Shown here: positions 29,352-39,100 of the stretch, in pieces
How the letters are laid out: each line of letters begins with the position of its first letter
How positions within the stretch are numbered: the stretch's first letter is position 1
Assembly: GCA_937911445.1 (NCBI GenBank)
Contig: CALDQY010000189.1
Span: 185-64,184, forward strand
DNA: 64,000 nt
Direction: 5' to 3'
Origin: an uncultured Rhodobiaceae bacterium
GTDB lineage: Archaea; Thermoplasmatota; Poseidoniia; Poseidoniales; Poseidoniaceae
Made by a program: the position numbers and the translations under genes
Notes under the pieces: model-generated
Database searches by the model: none
What the model was told of the DNA's origin: nothing
The model's input: only the letters and a program-made list of their open reading frames with translations

Positions 29352-31731
29352 TGGCTGGATTTTGGACGCCCATCTTTGCTCAGCACAACTCGAAATGCTG
29401 GTATGGATTGTGACTGAGGAGGGCTCTGTTGTTTCATTTCGTGAGCCTTGGCATCCTACACTGCATGTCGCCGGAAGTTCATCAGATCTCGATCATCTCG
29501 TCGAATGGTTGTCGCAGCCAGAACTCTGGATACGATACGGTCTGCAACGTTATGCCTTTGAGAGAAAACGACCCGAATTGGGTTCCTTCGATACGGAACG
29601 TATGCTCGCACTTACGCTCGAATCGTCCGCTACATTACGCGCACTCGCCGAACACATCGATGCGCGTGGTGAACATGTTCGATACAACCTCTATTCCGTA
29701 GATGTTCGAGCTGAACAGCAGTACCTCACTTCGAAGCGATTGACCATTGGTTCACCTGTGTGCCTCGAAAACAACCACCTTTCGCTCTTGGAAAGAGATG
29801 TTCAACGACGTGACTGGCGATGTTGTCGACTTGAGGTTGTTCTCGAGGAGATTGGTCAAGGAGAAACGCTGTGTCGCCAGCCAACACGTGTTTTCGTTAC
29901 ACCATGCGATACGTCTGGCACCGTCACAGGGCCACAAGTTGCTTTTTTTCTGCAGCAATCCTCATCTCTCCAACAATTGGAACAGTGGTTTCAAGCGTAT
30001 GATCCTGATCTTGTGCTGTCGCTGCGTGGCGATACCGAAGGGTTTCCACATCTGTTGCGCTACGTTGAAGCCAAACATACAGCGCTCTGTCTTGGACGAA
30101 ACCAAACCCCTCTGAGACAGATTGGTCAAACGAGGATTCTTTCGTCCTATGGGCAGGTGTTGCGAAGCAATCCTCAGTTCCCACTCGAAGGTCGTATTCA
30201 TATCGATCTTTCGTCAAGTTTCATGTTTCGGGAGGGGGGACTCGATGGACTGTACGAACTTGCGCGTGTTTCTGCAACGCGAATCAGTGATGCCTCAAGG
30301 AAATCTCCGGGTTCGGTGATCAGCGCGATACAATACCGAGTAGCGATGGAAGATGGTGTGCTTGTTCCGTGGAAAAAGACGCGTCCCGAGGACACGAAGT
30401 CTGCATGGGATTTGTTGCAATCCGACCGAGGAGGGCTCTACTTGGACAGCCGGCCTGGTGTCTATGCTAACGTCATCGAACTCGATTTTGCAAGTCTCTT
30501 TCCAAGCATCATCGCAACACGCAACATCTCTCCAGAGACATTGAATTGCAGTTGTTGTCAACCGACCAAGAACACCACGCCACTACCTCTCCACCCGGAT
30601 GAAGCCAAAAAGCGGTTTCAATTGCAACAGCAGCAATGGAAATCAGCAAGTCTTGCATTTCCTCAACAGTGCTCAAATGCGTTTCAGGTCCCTGAATTAA
30701 TGACGCATACATGTGGTCGCAGGCATGGTTTTCTCGGCCGAGTCGTTGCACCTCTCATCGAACGACGTCGTCACCTTAAGCAGCAAATTGTCGTTAAGGG
30801 CGATGCCGCCGATCGTCAGCAGAACGCTCTCAAATGGCTTCTTGTCACGTGTTTTGGTTACACGGGATATCGAAACGCTCGTTTTGGTCGTATTGAAGCA
30901 CATGAAGCCATATGTGCTTGGGCTCGTGAACTTCTCTTGCAGACCATCGAATGTGCCCAAGAACGTGGTTGGGAAGTGTTGCATGCCATTGTCGACTCCA
31001 TCTGGATCCGTGATCGAGAGGGTCGTTCTCTCGAAGAACAGCATCACTCTGCGATGGATCTTTCGAATCATGTGCATAAAATGACGGGCATTCCTCTCGA
31101 ATACGAAGCAACGTACCGCTGCATTGCCTTTCTTCCAAGTCGGATGCACAGCGGTGGTTCACTGACGAAGTATTGGGCATATGGCGAGAAGGGAATGAAG
31201 ATTCGAGGGCTTGAGTTACGGCAACATTCGACGTGTCCTTGGGTTGCTCAACTGCAAACACGCGCCTTAGAAATGCTGGCGAATGCCGATGATTTGGCAG
31301 ATGGCATTCCAAGCTATCGTGTACAATGCCAAATTCAACGGCTTCTCCTCGACGAAGTGCAGCGTCTTGAACACTACCAGATACGTGCAAAGGATTTGCT
31401 CGTTGCCCAACGAATCTCTCGAAGGCCCTCTGCGAATTCCTCACAAACCGTGGCCATGTTGGCCTATCAGCGCTCAGAGTCGCTAGGTTATCCTTTGGAA
31501 TTGGCCTCAAAGGTACGTTTTGTTGTGTGCACAAAAGATGCCATTAATCCGTTGCAACGTGTTGTTCTTGCACGGGAATGTGAACACCTGGATGGTCCAT
31601 TTCGGCGCATCGATGTTGATTACTACCGTCGACTTGCTGTGCGGGCAATATGGTCGGTTCTCGCTCCATTTGGTTGGTCGGAAGAGCAACTGCTTGAGCC
31701 GCCAGTCGCTCGGCTGGAACAATGGATGTAA
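29338..31731 (+). CDS. polB2: Family B DNA polymerase, PolB2 group
   Basis: Motif A ELDFASLFPSII..NISPET, motif B Q.ALKWLLVTCFGYTGY, motif C altered to HAIVDS, KIRGLE.R; degenerate exonuclease region. Confidence 0.88.
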   Translation: MTSTSGWILDAHLCSAQLEMLVWIVTEEGSVVSFREPWHPTLHVAGSSSDLDHLVEWLSQPELWIRYGLQRYAFERKRPELGSFDTERMLALTLESSATLRALAEHIDARGEHVRYNLYSVDVRAEQQYLTSKRLTIGSPVCLENNHLSLLERDVQRRDWRCCRLEVVLEEIGQGETLCRQPTRVFVTPCDTSGTVTGPQVAFFLQQSSSLQQLEQWFQAYDPDLVLSLRGDTEGFPHLLRYVEAKHTALCLGRNQTPLRQIGQTRILSSYGQVLRSNPQFPLEGRIHIDLSSSFMFREGGLDGLYELARVSATRISDASRKSPGSVISAIQYRVAMEDGVLVPWKKTRPEDTKSAWDLLQSDRGGLYLDSRPGVYANVIELDFASLFPSIIATRNISPETLNCSCCQPTKNTTPLPLHPDEAKKRFQLQQQQWKSASLAFPQQCSNAFQVPELMTHTCGRRHGFLGRVVAPLIERRRHLKQQIVVKGDAADRQQNALKWLLVTCFGYTGYRNARFGRIEAHEAICAWARELLLQTIECAQERGWEVLHAIVDSIWIRDREGRSLEEQHHSAMDLSNHVHKMTGIPLEYEATYRCIAFLPSRMHSGGSLTKYWAYGEKGMKIRGLELRQHSTCPWVAQLQTRALEMLANADDLADGIPSYRVQCQIQRLLLDEVQRLEHYQIRAKDLLVAQRISRRPSANSSQTVAMLAYQRSESLGYPLELASKVRFVVCTKDAINPLQRVVLARECEHLDGPFRRIDVDYYRRLAVRAIWSVLAPFGWSEEQLLEPPVARLEQWM

Positions 31732-32380
31732 AGTGGCTCAATTGTTGTTGGTCTATTGGATGGCTCGATTGTTTCATGGTCACTTGGTAAACGCCTGTGG
31801 AGCCTGTGAGCCGAAGTGTTGTTTTCTCTCGGTCCCCCCATGTTCCTTGTAATCGATGGCGAACATAAGGCCGCATCGTATGCTTGAGTTGTTGATGCAA
31901 GGGAGAGGTCGTCTTTCCATCGAGAAGAACAATTGGACAGTTTCGACCTACTTCTTCAAGCGAAGCCATGCAATGGCGTAGAATCGAACGTGCTTCAAAT
32001 CGTTTGATTTGTTCATCAAGGAACATTGCGAGCATACCATCGACAACGATCATCGATGCCTGTGTTAATGCAACCTCATGCCGAATTCTTTGGATAAGTG
32101 CATGCAGTTGATGTAAGGTGAATCCTCGCCCAATGTACAATCGACGTAACCCGTCTTCGATAGGACAATCCAGTGAACGCATGGATGGAAAAAATCCGCT
32201 TGGATCAAATCGATGACCTCCATCAATCCAATGCACAGCATGCCCTCTCGAAAGAAGAATGCTCGTCCAATGTTGAGCGAGTACTCGCCCGTCTTTTCCA
32301 AAGTATCCTGGTCCCTCGAGCAGGGTGATGCCTGTCGAAGGGATACGCAGTTCACTACGTTGTCGTTCTACTGGATGCAT
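31544..32380 (-). CDS. Degenerate RadA/RecA-fold protein (arCOG04294/ImuA-like)
   Basis: Broken Walker A GPGYFGKD, WIDGGHRFDP, IGRGFTLHQL, Walker B IVVDG; start is ATG 32380 or TTG 32401. Confidence 0.75.
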   Translation of the reverse strand: MHPVERQRSELRIPSTGITLLEGPGYFGKDGRVLAQHWTSILLSRGHAVHWIDGGHRFDPSGFFPSMRSLDCPIEDGLRRLYIGRGFTLHQLHALIQRIRHEVALTQASMIVVDGMLAMFLDEQIKRFEARSILRHCMASLEEVGRNCPIVLLDGKTTSPLHQQLKHTMRPYVRHRLQGTWGDREKTTLRLTGSTGVYQVTMKQSSHPIDQQQLSHFTSIVPAERLAAQAVALPTNQMEREPTILPAQQVDGSNQHRCAEMDHPGVHIPVQEQHVATD

Positions 32381-32441
32381 TGTCTCACCAAGTATTGCCA
32401 ATCACTGAAACCAAACCTCAGTGTTTTTGTAGGGAGTAATG

Positions 32442-32451
32442 GAAAAGTGAA
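32442..32451 (-). promoter_or_regulatory. Second copy of the TTCACTTTTC box, in the radA-like/dinB divergent promoter
   Basis: GAAAAGTGAA on the plus strand is the exact reverse complement of 29001-29010. Confidence 0.4.
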
Positions 32452-32489
32452 GGATGAATTTCAAACACTGTCGACAAGTGTGTCGATGT

Positions 32490-33602
32490 GTGCGTGAAGA
32501 GCGAATCATCATCCATTGCGACCTCGATGCATTTTTCGCATCGGTCGAAATCCTTCATCATGGCTTTCCTGAGGATGAACCGTTAATCATTGGCTCGGAT
32601 CCGATGCAAGGACGTGGCCGAGGCATTGTATCGACGTGCAACTATGCTGCAAGGGAATACGGTGTTCGGTCTGCGATGCCAATTTCTGAAGCATGGCGCA
32701 GATGTCCCGGACACCCTTTTGGCCCTGCCCGCTTCATTAGGGGTACTCGATCATTGTATTCGATGGCTTCACGACGCGTTATGAAGATTCTGAGGCAAGA
32801 TTCAGACAAGTTTGAACAGGCGAGCATCGACGAAGCCTATCTCGATGTTACTGAGATTGTCAAGCACGATTGGGATGAAGCGATGGCCCTTGCACGAAGA
32901 CTGCAACGATCGATTCATGCGAAGGTAGGCTTAACAGCATCTTTCGGAATTGGGCCAACACGAATCATAGCGAAGATGTCCTCCGAAGTGAACAAACCAA
33001 ACGGTATTCATCGAGTTCTACCCGATGAGATTTCAGAGTTCTTCGAGGCTCGATCTGTGAGAGAAGTACCGGGCATTGGTCCGAAAACTGCCAATGTTCT
33101 CTCGGAGTGGGGTGTGACAACCATGGACGAGGCCGTTGAATTGGGTGAACTCGCTCTAGCCAGAATGACATCTCGTCGATTTGCTTCTTGGTTGTTGAGG
33201 GTGGTTGAGGGTTTAACTTCCAACGATGTTAGTCCTCTAAGATCCCGTCGCTCGATTGGCAAAGAGCGAACATTTTCCAGCGATCAAAGTGATCATGAGC
33301 ATGTGCTCGAACTTCTTGAACAATTGACACAGACTGTGCTAGAAAAGGCTCGAACTGAAGGAATTGCAGGCCGTCTTGCAGAAGTCAAAATCCGGTACAC
33401 TGGTTTCGAAACACATACGCACGGACGATCAATACCTGTTGCCATGGACGATACAGATGTGTTTCTGAGACAAGTCCGCAGACTGTTTGCAGAAAACGTC
33501 CACCAGGACGAAAAAATCCGCCTCATCGGTTTTCGACTAGGGCAACTCGAAGAATTGGACTCCCGTCAAACGACGCTGGATTTTGTCGATGAATCAGAGT
33601 AA
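32490..33602 (+). CDS. dinB: Y-family DNA polymerase IV (DinB/Dpo4)
   Basis: IHCDLDAFFASVE, YAAR.YGV.SAMP, SIDEAYLD, KPNG, PGIGPKT, SIGKERTF, IRLIG; GTG start inferred from TTCAAA 30 nt upstream. Confidence 0.93.
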   Translation: MREERIIIHCDLDAFFASVEILHHGFPEDEPLIIGSDPMQGRGRGIVSTCNYAAREYGVRSAMPISEAWRRCPGHPFGPARFIRGTRSLYSMASRRVMKILRQDSDKFEQASIDEAYLDVTEIVKHDWDEAMALARRLQRSIHAKVGLTASFGIGPTRIIAKMSSEVNKPNGIHRVLPDEISEFFEARSVREVPGIGPKTANVLSEWGVTTMDEAVELGELALARMTSRRFASWLLRVVEGLTSNDVSPLRSRRSIGKERTFSSDQSDHEHVLELLEQLTQTVLEKARTEGIAGRLAEVKIRYTGFETHTHGRSIPVAMDDTDVFLRQVRRLFAENVHQDEKIRLIGFRLGQLEELDSRQTTLDFVDESE

Positions 33603-36056
33603 TTTGTGCATCCGAGTGAGGGTATCATGGAATCCAGTGAGGTTGTCTGGAATCACGATGCCTTCAATCTCAGCATTCAGCGATAAGCCGTTTTCTTTCT
33701 TCGTTTTCCAAACCTCACTGTTGAAGGATTCAATGCCTGAAGTTTTGGAATTCAAATCCTCATCGACCGATGGTAGATTGGGGAAGGAATCAACATCAAC
33801 AGCGCTCGTTCCGTAGAGCGTCATCGATATGTGATGGCAAAAGAAGGGACAAACTGGGCTGAATGCAGCGAGGAAATCACGTAGAATGCTATGAATGGTC
33901 CAAGCAGCATGCTGATCTCCATCGTACAACCGAGATTTTGCCATTTCAAGCCAATGTGAAGGCAAAATCCCAGTTCCGAATGTCTTGAGTGCCTGAGTGG
34001 CAGTGTAAATATCGAGGTTTTCCCAAGATGTTCGAACGCTTGCCATCATGGTTGCGAACTCAGATTGAATCCAACGATCTTCAATAGGATACGGTGCAGA
34101 TGGCTCATCCTCTGGACAATCAAACTGGCTGGCAAATCGGGCGACGTTGAATATCTTCGTTAGTACACCGAAGTACTTCGATTCAATTTCTTCTGGATTG
34201 ATGTGAAAATCATCTCCAACTTGAGCTTCGCATGCCTTCCACAGACGAAAACACTCACTGCCAATTTTGTTCGCTTTGAGACTGACCGAACCATCAGGTC
34301 CTCGCACCTTCCATGAACCTGTTCGTCCTCCTGCACCACATTCGAGGACACTATCTGCATCAATTCCATTTCCGAGCGATTTGGACATCTTTCTGCCCCA
34401 CGGGTCCATGCCTAGACCATCGATCCATACATGCTTGAAACCAGGTTTCTCTAGCAACAGGGCAGATTTCAGAAGGGTGTAATACAACCACGTACGAACG
34501 ATTTCTTTTCCTTGAGGGCGTAAAGCCGTTGGGAACGCCTTTTCGAAAACCTCTGGTTGGTTGAGATACCCGCTGACAAACAGATTGGAGTTGGAGGAAT
34601 CCATCCACGTATCGAAGACTTTCTCTTCACCACGGATTTGTCCCATTTGTTCTTCAAGTTCGGAATACAATCCGATGTCTTCTCTTGTGTCTCGCTGCAG
34701 AACTCTCGACCCTTCAGGAGGTGCGTCCTTCCACGGCTGTACATAGGTTCCAGCTGGTGGAACGATGATGTGTTCCTCGTCTTCGGAGTACCAAATTGGA
34801 ATTTCAGTGTGGTACCATCGTCGTCGTGATATTGGCCAATCGATGCTGATGTTGTCCATCCAATCCAACAAGAATTGTCGGTTGCGCTGCGGGTGGAATT
34901 CGATCTGTTCAATCAAGTCGAGCATCTTGTCTTGCATGTGTGTTTGGCGAACGTACCATTCCTTCAGTAGGATGATTTCGACAGGATTCTTTCCTCGTTC
35001 TGAAACGGGAACTTCTTGCTGTCGCTCTTCAATGGCATCGATATTGCCCTCCATTTCCAACATCTCGATGGCTTTTGCACGGGCATCAAGGACGGATAAC
35101 CCTTCAAGTGGACCCGAGATTGAGGTCATGCATCCGTTCAAATCGATCGCTTGGAATGGTGCTAGGCCTAGTTCTCTGAAGACTGCGACGTCGTTTTGAT
35201 CACCGAACGAACAAACCATGAGAATTCCACTTCCAAACTCGGACTTGACCGATGGGTGTGTCTGTATTTCAACGGATTGTGCACGTCCGGATACTGGCAT
35301 TGGAAGAATGGCTTTCTTCCCAACAAGGTGTTGGTAACGCTGGTCATCTGGATGAACAACAACGACGCCACAAGCGCAAATCAATTCCGGCCGAGTTGTC
35401 GAGATAACAAGGTCCTCACCGTCTTCGGTCGTCCAACGAACATCAACCAATTTGGTCATTCGACCAATTCGCTCCACTTCAGCATCAGCAATGGTCGTTC
35501 CTTCGACTGGGTCGTAGATGTTGGGTCTCAAATCTTCGACGATGTCTCCTTTCTTGAACAGTTCAATGAAGATTGATTGGGTTACTGATCTGTAATCAGG
35601 AGCGTCGGTGAGATACTCTGCGGCAAAATCGCAAGATAGGCCAACACGAGCAGCAGTTTTTCGCATGGCTTGTGTGAACGTCTCGATCGTTTCACGACAT
35701 AAATTGAGAAACTCTTCTCGGCCGTATGTCTTCATTTTCCGCTTTGTGTTCTTTTCGACGGTGAATTCAATATTGATTCCGTTCCGATCCACACCCCAAG
35801 GGAAGTAGACTTCCTTACCAAGCAATCGCTGAGAACGTGCCAGAACATCGATCATCGAATATTGTGCAACAGCGCCAATGTGCCACGTTCCCGATGGGTA
35901 TGGAGGTGGTGTGTCAATCACAAAAATTGGTTTCCCACTCTGTGGATTGAAACCATATCGTTGTTGATAGGCATTTTCATCGGCGTAATGTTGTTCTTGT
36001 ATGCTCTTTTCGAGGTCGATTGACCATCGCTTTTCTGGAAGTCGAGGCGTTCCCAT
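33594..36056 (-). CDS. valS: Valine--tRNA ligase
   Basis: IDTPPPYPSG.WHIG, TTRPEL, DWPISR, DTWMDSS, RPQG.EI.R.W, KMSKSLGN. Confidence 0.93.
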   Translation of the reverse strand: MGTPRLPEKRWSIDLEKSIQEQHYADENAYQQRYGFNPQSGKPIFVIDTPPPYPSGTWHIGAVAQYSMIDVLARSQRLLGKEVYFPWGVDRNGINIEFTVEKNTKRKMKTYGREEFLNLCRETIETFTQAMRKTAARVGLSCDFAAEYLTDAPDYRSVTQSIFIELFKKGDIVEDLRPNIYDPVEGTTIADAEVERIGRMTKLVDVRWTTEDGEDLVISTTRPELICACGVVVVHPDDQRYQHLVGKKAILPMPVSGRAQSVEIQTHPSVKSEFGSGILMVCSFGDQNDVAVFRELGLAPFQAIDLNGCMTSISGPLEGLSVLDARAKAIEMLEMEGNIDAIEERQQEVPVSERGKNPVEIILLKEWYVRQTHMQDKMLDLIEQIEFHPQRNRQFLLDWMDNISIDWPISRRRWYHTEIPIWYSEDEEHIIVPPAGTYVQPWKDAPPEGSRVLQRDTREDIGLYSELEEQMGQIRGEEKVFDTWMDSSNSNLFVSGYLNQPEVFEKAFPTALRPQGKEIVRTWLYYTLLKSALLLEKPGFKHVWIDGLGMDPWGRKMSKSLGNGIDADSVLECGAGGRTGSWKVRGPDGSVSLKANKIGSECFRLWKACEAQVGDDFHINPEEIESKYFGVLTKIFNVARFASQFDCPEDEPSAPYPIEDRWIQSEFATMMASVRTSWENLDIYTATQALKTFGTGILPSHWLEMAKSRLYDGDQHAAWTIHSILRDFLAAFSPVCPFFCHHISMTLYGTSAVDVDSFPNLPSVDEDLNSKTSGIESFNSEVWKTKKENGLSLNAEIEGIVIPDNLTGFHDTLTRMHKLL

Positions 36057-36189
36057 GCTTAACACCGGCCCTGCCCCCTGTGAACGGGGGGGTCCGATTG
36101 ACCCTGTGTGCGTTTCTTTTTCAACGGTTCCCTCACAACGAGACAGCAATACTTTCAATGAAAGACCCGAGGGGCTACTGGGTAGCCGT

Positions 36190-39100
36190 ATGCCGGAAGA
36201 CGCCGAAGACACAACATCCTCCCATGGTGAGGAGGACGTTGGACGCATTCAGGCGATTGCTGACTACAGTCGAGAGCGTGTACGAGTAGCCTCGGTTGAC
36301 ATCTCTGCCCGAGTGCGTGACTTTGATGCAAAAAAGGCAGTTGATGCAGTTCTCGAAGCTCCGAAGAGGTTGAAACGGGAATGGCAAAAAACCGGAGCAA
36401 CAGGTGTTATCACACGTTTTCCGATTGCAACAGTGGCCTTGTTTTTGATGATCACATTGTATTTTGTCACAACGTCAGGATTCCTTGACGACACGCAGTT
36501 TGATGATGATCCGAACGAACCTGCACTCAATGTCAATGGTGACATGGAAGTATACCTCCCAGATGGGAGTGAAGTCAAGGAACTAATCGAAATGGTTGAA
36601 GCGGATTGGACGACCAACGTTATGGTCATTTACATAGAATCGGATAAAAACAACATAACTGACCAAAGGATTTTGCAAGAAATCAGTTATGTTGAAAAAA
36701 GCATCAATCCTTATGTCTCTGACAATGAAAGCGATGATGTCATTTACATTCTTTCAATTTCGACGGTACTGAAGGAAATCAATTCAAGTTTGCCGCGTGT
36801 ACGTGACGCTTTCATCACCGAGTTGGGTCGCCAATGCCCATCTTTCCAAGAGGTCTGTGAGAACTTCGCCGCTAGTGTCAACACGGCATTGTCGGCAGGT
36901 GATGACCAATTTGCTGGTGGTTACGAAATTCCTTCCCAGACAACCATCGATTTGATCATCGGTGAAATGTACGAAAACGATGGGTCTCCTACGCCAGGTC
37001 TGGATAAACTCGCACGGAATACCAATGCATGCAGCGGCCAACCGAACGATGAAGGTACTGATGACAACGGTTGTTTTGATGGCGAGGACTTGAAACTCGA
37101 TCGAGCCATTATGGCAGTTGCAGTTGTCGACTCTATCGAGGCCAAAGATATCATCGAGGCAACACAACAACGCCTTGACAACATCTCGACCGAACAGCGT
37201 CCATGTGAATTCGATCAAAACGGTAACCCAGCGAGTGCTGACCGTTGTACCTGGGACGATCTTGGCCTGAAAATGACTCTTACAGGGCCCGTTCCCATTA
37301 CGAATTCTGTGACCGAGTTTTCGTTCCGTTTGTTCTGGGAAATTTTCCCGCTAGCAGTTGTCCTTGTCGCTATTGGTCTCTTTGTCTTCCACTCAGATCT
37401 TCTGCAAGCAGGTATCTCTGGTATACGCCCAATTCAAGGAATCAAAGTCGTCATCATTGCCGGTCTTCCAACACTGTGTGCAGTCTTTTGGACATTGGGA
37501 ATTATCGGGGCATCGAATTATGAAGTGACGATGACGGTCATTATCGTGGGTCCAATTTTGCTTGCATTAGGTGTCTCGTATGGTTTGCACATCACCAACA
37601 GATACGCTGAAGAAGAAGGTAGCAGAACCGAAAAGATGCAAGCTTCGATGAAATCAACTGGTCGTGCTGTTTTCTTATCTGCTGTCACAACCGTCATTGG
37701 ATTTATTTCACTGATTTTCACGCCTATGGCGCCAATCAAAACCGTTGGTATTGCGCTTTCAGGTGGAATTGTCATCGTCTACATCCTGACGATGTTTATG
37801 GTTCCAAATCTTACCCTGATTCTTGATTTACGTAAACCGAAACATCCTCCACTGAAAGTGTTTGATGCTGCTGTTGACGTACCGGTCAAACGCAACCGTA
37901 GTCTTATTGCGTTCTTCCTAATCCTGGTATTCGTTTCAGCAACGCTTGGCCAGTCCAATGTTGAAGAAAACATCGACCTGCTGGGTATGGCTCCTGAAGG
38001 TGAGCAACCGGTCATCAAGATGAAACAATACAGTCGTGAGTTCAATGCAGGCCAAATCGGTATGGTTCTTGTCCACGCAAACGTATCTGGCGATGTCACC
38101 GACAACGACCCAACCAATGATGATCCCGCTCAAAATCTGAAAATCATTGACGGCCTAGAGAGGAATCTCAATACTGTTGAAAATGCATCTGCTGTTTCTG
38201 TCGTGTTCCTCATGAAAGCAACTGGACTTGCCCCTACTCTCTCTGGTCAACCACTCCTTGCACAAATTCAAGAGATTCCTGGCTATGATATTCTACCAGA
38301 GGATGTTCGCAACACCTTCGAAGTCTTGCTTGATCAAGAGGTAACACAAGGTGCAACATTTTGGGATTTGCTGACCACTCCTGAAGAATTTGGCTTGCCG
38401 GGTTCAACGCAGAGTCAAATTTTCTTGCTCGATGTATTCTACTCTTCTCTGACAAAAGAAATGCGTGAAATTTTCATCAATTCGGATTATGATCGAACGC
38501 TGATTTACATCGACATGCCATTTATTCCTGTTGCTGATACCGCAGTGGCTGTTGATCAAATCAACGAATACTCTGAGGGATTCCAAGGTACGCATCAAGA
38601 ACGTGCTGAAAAACTGACAGGAGTCGCTGCAACCGCTATCGAAGTCAACAAATTGATTGTTGATTCGCAATGGACCTCACTCGGATTCGCCATCGTGCTT
38701 ACGCTGATTGTACTCGCCGTCGTGTTCAGAGACATTCGGTATTCACTCTTGACGACATCACCTGTGATTGCTACCGTTGCACTCCAATGGCTCGTTATGT
38801 GGCAAATGGATGTGCCATTATCCCTCGTAACCGTCATGATCGGATCGATTCTTGTTGGCGTCGGGGTCGACTTTTCGATTCACATCGCCAATCGTATACG
38901 TGAACTTGGCGGTGGGATTGAGGCGATTCGTTCTGCAGCGGTTGGAACAGGAATGTCGCTGTTTGAGGCTGCAGTCGTCACATCGCTTGGTATGTTTACT
39001 GCCTATCAAATTCCAATTCCTGAAATCAAACCTTTCGTGACGGTTATCCTCATTTTGCTCTGGGTTGCAGCAGCAAGTGCTTTGCTCCTCCTACCCGCTA

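Noticed and set aside
30845-31534. Long antisense and alternate-frame ORFs (for example 229 aa here, 8807-9388, 21776-22366, 42096-42683)
   Set aside because: They are shadows of well-supported genes, with no motifs or independent start signals
29338-31731. polB2 as a pseudogene because motif C is altered
   Set aside because: The ORF is intact and the (H/Y)xxVDS-type motif C is characteristic of the PolB2 group
29058-33602. PolB as part of a casposon, virus or plasmid
   Set aside because: The motifs are PolB2-type rather than protein-primed. No Cas1, capsid, integrase or terminal repeats were seen, and the flanks are serA-like and valS.
33594-36248. ValRS inactivation (HIGA rather than HIGH) and a long N-terminal extension
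   Set aside because: HIGH-motif variants are common and all other motifs are intact. The extension is an upstream-start artefact overlapping the divergent MMPL gene.
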